From: a virus
Taxonomy: Duplodnaviria; Heunggongvirae; Uroviricota; Caudoviricetes
Strand: one strand, 5' to 3'
DNA: 46,570 nucleotides
IMG/VR virus record: IMGVR_UViG_2537562223_000006
The position numbers and the translations under genes are program-made. The notes beneath the pieces were generated by a model. The model was not told the origin of the DNA. It saw only the letters and a program-made list of their open reading frames with translations, and searched no databases. Every line of letters begins with the position of its first letter. The stretch's first letter is position 1. This document shows positions 42,585 to 46,570 of this stretch, in pieces.

Positions 42585-45500
42585 ATGGCAGTAAAGATTT
42601 CAGGTGTACTGAAAGACGGCACAGGAAAACCGGTACAGAACTGCACAATCCAGCTGAAAGCAAAACGTAACAGCACCACGGTGGTGGTGAACACGCTGGC
42701 CTCAGAAAATCCGGATGAAGCCGGGCGTTACAGCATGGACGTTGAGTACGGGCAGTACAGCGTTATTCTGTTGGTGGAGGGATTCCCGCCGTCACATGCC
42801 GGGACCATCACCGTGTATGAAGATTCCCGACCCGGTACGCTGAATGATTTTCTCGGTGCCATGACGGAGGATGATGCCCGTCCTGAGGCACTGCGCCGTT
42901 TTGAACTGATGGTGGAAGAGGTGGCGCGTAACGCGTCCGCGGTGGCACAGAACACGGCAGCCGCGAAGAAGTCAGCCAGCGATGCCGGCACATCAGCACG
43001 TGAGGCGGCAACCCATGCGACTGATGCTGCAGGCTCAGCACGCGCAGCCAGCACGTCAGCCGGACAGGCCGCGTCGTCGGCTCAGTCAGCATCTTCCAGC
43101 GCAGGAACGGCATCAACAAAGGCCAGTGAAGCATCGAAAAGTGCTGCTGCTGCAGAGTCCTCAAAAAGCGCGGCAGCTACCAGTGCCGCTGCGGCGAAAA
43201 CGTCAGAAACGAATGCGGCAGCGTCACAACAATCAGCAGCCACTTCTGCATCCGCCGCGACCACGAAGGCGTCAGAAGCAGCCACCTCAGCCCGGGATGC
43301 GGCGGCCTCAAAAGAGGCAGCGAAATCATCAGAAACGAACGCATCATCAAGCGCCAGTAGTGCCGCTTCCTCGGCAACGGCGGCAGGCAATTCCGCGAAG
43401 GCGGCAAAGACGTCTGAGACAAACGCCAGGTCTTCTGAAACGGCAGCGGGACAGAGCGCCTCGGCTGCGGCAGGCTCAAAAACAGCGGCTGCGTCGTCTG
43501 CCAGTGCCGCGTCAACAAGTGCCGGGCAGGCCTCAGCCAGTGCCACCGCCGCCGGAAAATCGGCAGAAAGTGCCGCATCGTCTGCTTCAACAGCCACAAC
43601 GAAGGCTGGCGAAGCCACTGAACAGGCCAGCGCAGCAGCGAGGTCTGCTTCCGCAGCGAAGACATCCGAGACGAACGCGAAAGCGTCGGAAACCAGCGCA
43701 GAATCCTCAAAAACGGCTGCCGCATCGTCCGCCAGTTCGGCGGCGTCATCGGCATCATCGGCGTCTGCTTCAAAAGATGAGGCGACCAGACAAGCGTCCG
43801 CAGCGAAGGGCAGCGCCACGACAGCATCCACGAAGGCGACAGAGGCAGCTGGCAGTGCGACGGCGGCAGCACAGAGCAAAAGTACGGCGGAATCCGCGGC
43901 AACGCGCGCCGAGACAGCGGCAAAACGGGCAGAGGATATTGCATCCGCCGTGGCGCTTGAGGATGCAAGTACGACGAAAAAGGGGATAGTACAGCTCAGC
44001 AGTGCGACCAACAGTACGTCTGAAACGCTGGCGGCAACGCCAAAGGCAGTAAAATCAGCCTATGACAATGCAGAGAAACGTCTGCAGAAAGACCAGAACG
44101 GCGCTGATATACCCGATAAGGGACGCTTCCTGAACAACATTAACGCGGTCAGTAAAACAGACTTTGCTGATAAGCGTGGTATGCGTTATGTGCGGGTTAA
44201 CGCTCCTGCAGGTGCAACATCTGGAAAATATTACCCTGTTGTTGTTATGCGTTCTGCTGGCTCAGTAAGCGAACTGGCATCAAGGGTCATTATCACCACG
44301 GCAACGCGAACCGCAGGCGATCCGATGAATAACTGCGAGTTTAACGGATTTGTTATGCCTGGTGGCTGGACTGACAGGGGGCGTTATGCTTATGGAATGT
44401 TCTGGCAATATCAAAACAATGAACGAGCCATCCACTCAATAATGATGAGTAATAAGGGCGATGATTTGCGCTCTGTGTTCTATGTTGATGGCGCTGCTTT
44501 CCCTGTTTTTGCGTTTATCGAAGATGGCCTGTCAATATCCGCACCTGGTGCTGATCTCGTTGTTAATGATACGACCTATAAGTTTGGGGCAACAAATCCG
44601 GCGACTGAATGTATCGCGGCAGACGTTATCCTTGATTTTAAGAGTGGGCGTGGTTTTTATGAGTCTCATTCGTTAATCGTTAACGATAACTTGTCGTGCA
44701 AAAAACTTTTTGCCACAGACGAAATTGTAGCGCGTGGTGGTAATCAGATTCGAATGATAGGTGGGGAGTATGGTGCATTATGGCGTAATGATGGCGCTAA
44801 AACTTACCTGCTGCTTACCAATCAAGGTGATGTTTATGGTGGCTGGAATACATTAAGACCGTTTGCTATTGATAACGCAACCGGCGAACTGGTTATTGGA
44901 ACCAAACTGTCCGCAAGTCTGAACGGTAATGCATTAACAGCAACAAAGCTGCAAACGCCAAGACTGGTTTCTGGTGTTGAGTTTGATGGTTCCAAAGATA
45001 TTACTTTAACCGCCGCGCATGTGGCTGCTTTTGCCAGAAGGGCAACGGATACATATGCCGATGCGGATGGTGGCGTTCCATGGAATGCCGAATCAGGCGC
45101 TTACAATGTCACCCGCTCTGGCGACAGCTATATTCTGGTTAACTTCTATACCGGAGTCGGAAGTTGCCGGACCCTGCAGATGAAGGCGCATTACAGAAAT
45201 GGTGGTCTGTTCTACCGTTCTTCAAGAGACAGTTATGGTTTTGAGGAAGACTGGGCAGAAGTTTATACCTCGAAAAATCTTCCACCAGAAAGCTACCCAG
45301 TCGGCGCACCAATCCCGTGGCCATCAGATACCGTTCCGTCTGGTTATGCCCTGATGCAGGGGCAGACTTTTGACAAATCTGCCTACCCGAAACTTGCAGC
45401 CGCTTATCCGTCAGGCGTGATCCCTGATATGCGTGGCTGGACGATTAAGGGCAAACCTGCCAGTGGTCGCGCCGTATTGTCTCAGGAACAGGACGGCATT

Positions 45501-45986
45501 AAATCGCACACCCACAGCGCCAGCGCATCCAGTACGGATTTGGGGACGAAAACCACATCGTCGTTTGATTACGGAACCAAATCCACGAATAACACCGGGG
45601 CGCATACCCATAGTATTAGCGGGACCGCAAATAGTGCCGGTGCGCACCAACACAAGAGTTCCGGTGCATTTGGTGGCACGAACACGAGCATTTTCCCTAA
45701 TGGTTATACCGCGATTTCAAATCCAAGCGCGGGGATTATGAGCACAACAAGCGGTAGTGGCCAGACTCGTAATGCAGGGAAGACATCATCAGATGGTGCT
45801 CATACCCACTCGCTGTCCGGCACTGCTGCAAGCGCAGGCGCACATGCACATACTGTCGGTATTGGTGCTCATACGCACTCCGTTGCGATTGGTTCACATG
45901 GACACACCATCACCGTTAACGCTGCTGGTAACGCGGAAAACACCGTCAAAAACATCGCATTTAACTATATTGTGAGGCTTGCATAA
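42585..45986 (+). CDS. stf: Side tail fibre protein Stf (1133 aa), with long Ala/Ser-rich low-complexity region and His-rich C-terminal repeats
   Basis: [69 protein letters not shown].. as lambda Stf; C-terminal GAHTHS-type repeats. Confidence 0.95.
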   Translation: MAVKISGVLKDGTGKPVQNCTIQLKAKRNSTTVVVNTLASENPDEAGRYSMDVEYGQYSVILLVEGFPPSHAGTITVYEDSRPGTLNDFLGAMTEDDARPEALRRFELMVEEVARNASAVAQNTAAAKKSASDAGTSAREAATHATDAAGSARAASTSAGQAASSAQSASSSAGTASTKASEASKSAAAAESSKSAAATSAAAAKTSETNAAASQQSAATSASAATTKASEAATSARDAAASKEAAKSSETNASSSASSAASSATAAGNSAKAAKTSETNARSSETAAGQSASAAAGSKTAAASSASAASTSAGQASASATAAGKSAESAASSASTATTKAGEATEQASAAARSASAAKTSETNAKASETSAESSKTAAASSASSAASSASSASASKDEATRQASAAKGSATTASTKATEAAGSATAAAQSKSTAESAATRAETAAKRAEDIASAVALEDASTTKKGIVQLSSATNSTSETLAATPKAVKSAYDNAEKRLQKDQNGADIPDKGRFLNNINAVSKTDFADKRGMRYVRVNAPAGATSGKYYPVVVMRSAGSVSELASRVIITTATRTAGDPMNNCEFNGFVMPGGWTDRGRYAYGMFWQYQNNERAIHSIMMSNKGDDLRSVFYVDGAAFPVFAFIEDGLSISAPGADLVVNDTTYKFGATNPATECIAADVILDFKSGRGFYESHSLIVNDNLSCKKLFATDEIVARGGNQIRMIGGEYGALWRNDGAKTYLLLTNQGDVYGGWNTLRPFAIDNATGELVIGTKLSASLNGNALTATKLQTPRLVSGVEFDGSKDITLTAAHVAAFARRATDTYADADGGVPWNAESGAYNVTRSGDSYILVNFYTGVGSCRTLQMKAHYRNGGLFYRSSRDSYGFEEDWAEVYTSKNLPPESYPVGAPIPWPSDTVPSGYALMQGQTFDKSAYPKLAAAYPSGVIPDMRGWTIKGKPASGRAVLSQEQDGIKSHTHSASASSTDLGTKTTSSFDYGTKSTNNTGAHTHSISGTANSAGAHQHKSSGAFGGTNTSIFPNGYTAISNPSAGIMSTTSGSGQTRNAGKTSSDGAHTHSLSGTAASAGAHAHTVGIGAHTHSVAIGSHGHTITVNAAGNAENTVKNIAFNYIVRLA
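43000..43990 (+). repeat. Low-complexity Ala/Ser/Thr-rich repeat region inside stf (imperfect SAAA..SETNA.. units)
   Basis: Repetitive GCx/TCx codon runs; produces long spurious ORFs in other frames on both strands. Confidence 0.8.
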
Positions 45987-46570
45987 TGGCATTCAGAATG
46001 AGTGAACAACCACGGACCATAAAAATTTATAATCTGCTGGCCGGAACTAATGAATTTATTGGTGAAGGTGATGCATATATTCCGCCTCATACAGGTCTGC
46101 CAGCAAACAGTACCGATATTGCACCGCCAGATATTCCGGCTGGCTTCGTGGCTGTTTTCAACAGTGATGAGTCATCGTGGCATCTCGTTGAAGATCATCG
46201 GGGTAAAACGGTTTATGACGTGGCTTCCGGCGACGCGTTATTTATTTCTGAACTCGGTCCGTTACCGGAAAATGTTACCTGGTTATCGCCGGAAGGGGAG
46301 TTTCAGAAGTGGAACGGCACAGCCTGGGTGAAGGATACGGAAGCAGAAAAACTGTTCCGGATCCGGGAGGCGGAAGAAACAAAAAACAGCCTGATGCAGG
46401 TAGCCAGTGAGCATATTGCGCCGCTTCAGGATGCTGCAGATCTGGAAATTGCAACGGAGGAAGAAATCTCGTTGCTGGAAGCATGGAAAAAGTATCGGGT
46501 ATTGCTGAACCGTGTTAATACAACAACTGCACCGGATATTGAATGGCCAACAGGACCCATTATCGAATAG
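45986..46570 (+). CDS. tfa: Tail fibre assembly protein Tfa
   Basis: 194 aa [62 protein letters not shown]..; stop at the last bases of the window. Confidence 0.95.
   Translation: MAFRMSEQPRTIKIYNLLAGTNEFIGEGDAYIPPHTGLPANSTDIAPPDIPAGFVAVFNSDESSWHLVEDHRGKTVYDVASGDALFISELGPLPENVTWLSPEGEFQKWNGTAWVKDTEAEKLFRIREAEETKNSLMQVASEHIAPLQDAADLEIATEEEISLLEAWKKYRVLLNRVNTTTAPDIEWPTGPIIE

Noticed and set aside
42982-44011. Long ORFs in other frames and on the reverse strand within stf (42982-43989 Arg/Pro-rich 335 aa; 43082-44011 and 43177-43968 on the minus strand)
   Set aside because: They lie wholly inside the stf Ala/Ser-rich repeat tract, have extreme low-complexity composition and no independent start signals; they are frame artefacts of the repeats.

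Overview
This window is the left junction and almost the whole body of a lambda-like prophage integrated at the classical lambda attB next to host ybhC; the right end (attR) lies beyond the window. Left to right: host ybhC (1-1284), attL with the lambda core GCTTTTTTATACTAA and P' arm, int, an xis gene split in two by an IS911-like insertion with a 3-bp target duplication, a leftward early arm (orf55-like, TraR-like zinc finger, orf60a-like, a 250-aa unknown, exo, bet, a short gam, one further ORF), an immunity region (cI with S24 peptidase domain, divergent Cro-like and YdaT/CII-like genes, OL/OR palindromic operators; no recognisable N), replication genes O (with ori iterons) and P, an adenine methyltransferase with an early in-frame stop, a nin-type region (ninB, ninE, DUF1364, rusA, ylcG-like, small Q-like antiterminator), a porin moron, a phage-21-type lysis cassette (pinholin, SAR endolysin, Rz/Rz1), cos, and a complete collinear lambda head and tail module Nu1 through J, then lom, stf and tfa. 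Most calls rest on recalled similarity to lambda and DLP12 proteins, not on a database search. The most interesting locus is an AT-rich two-gene cassette at 13915-15547 encoding a possible phosphoribosyltransferase-like protein followed by a clear NADAR-family protein, which I cannot assign to any described system. Other accessory genes worth follow-up are a four-helix membrane protein (4459-4989) and a lipoprotein in the rexAB position (9174-9554).
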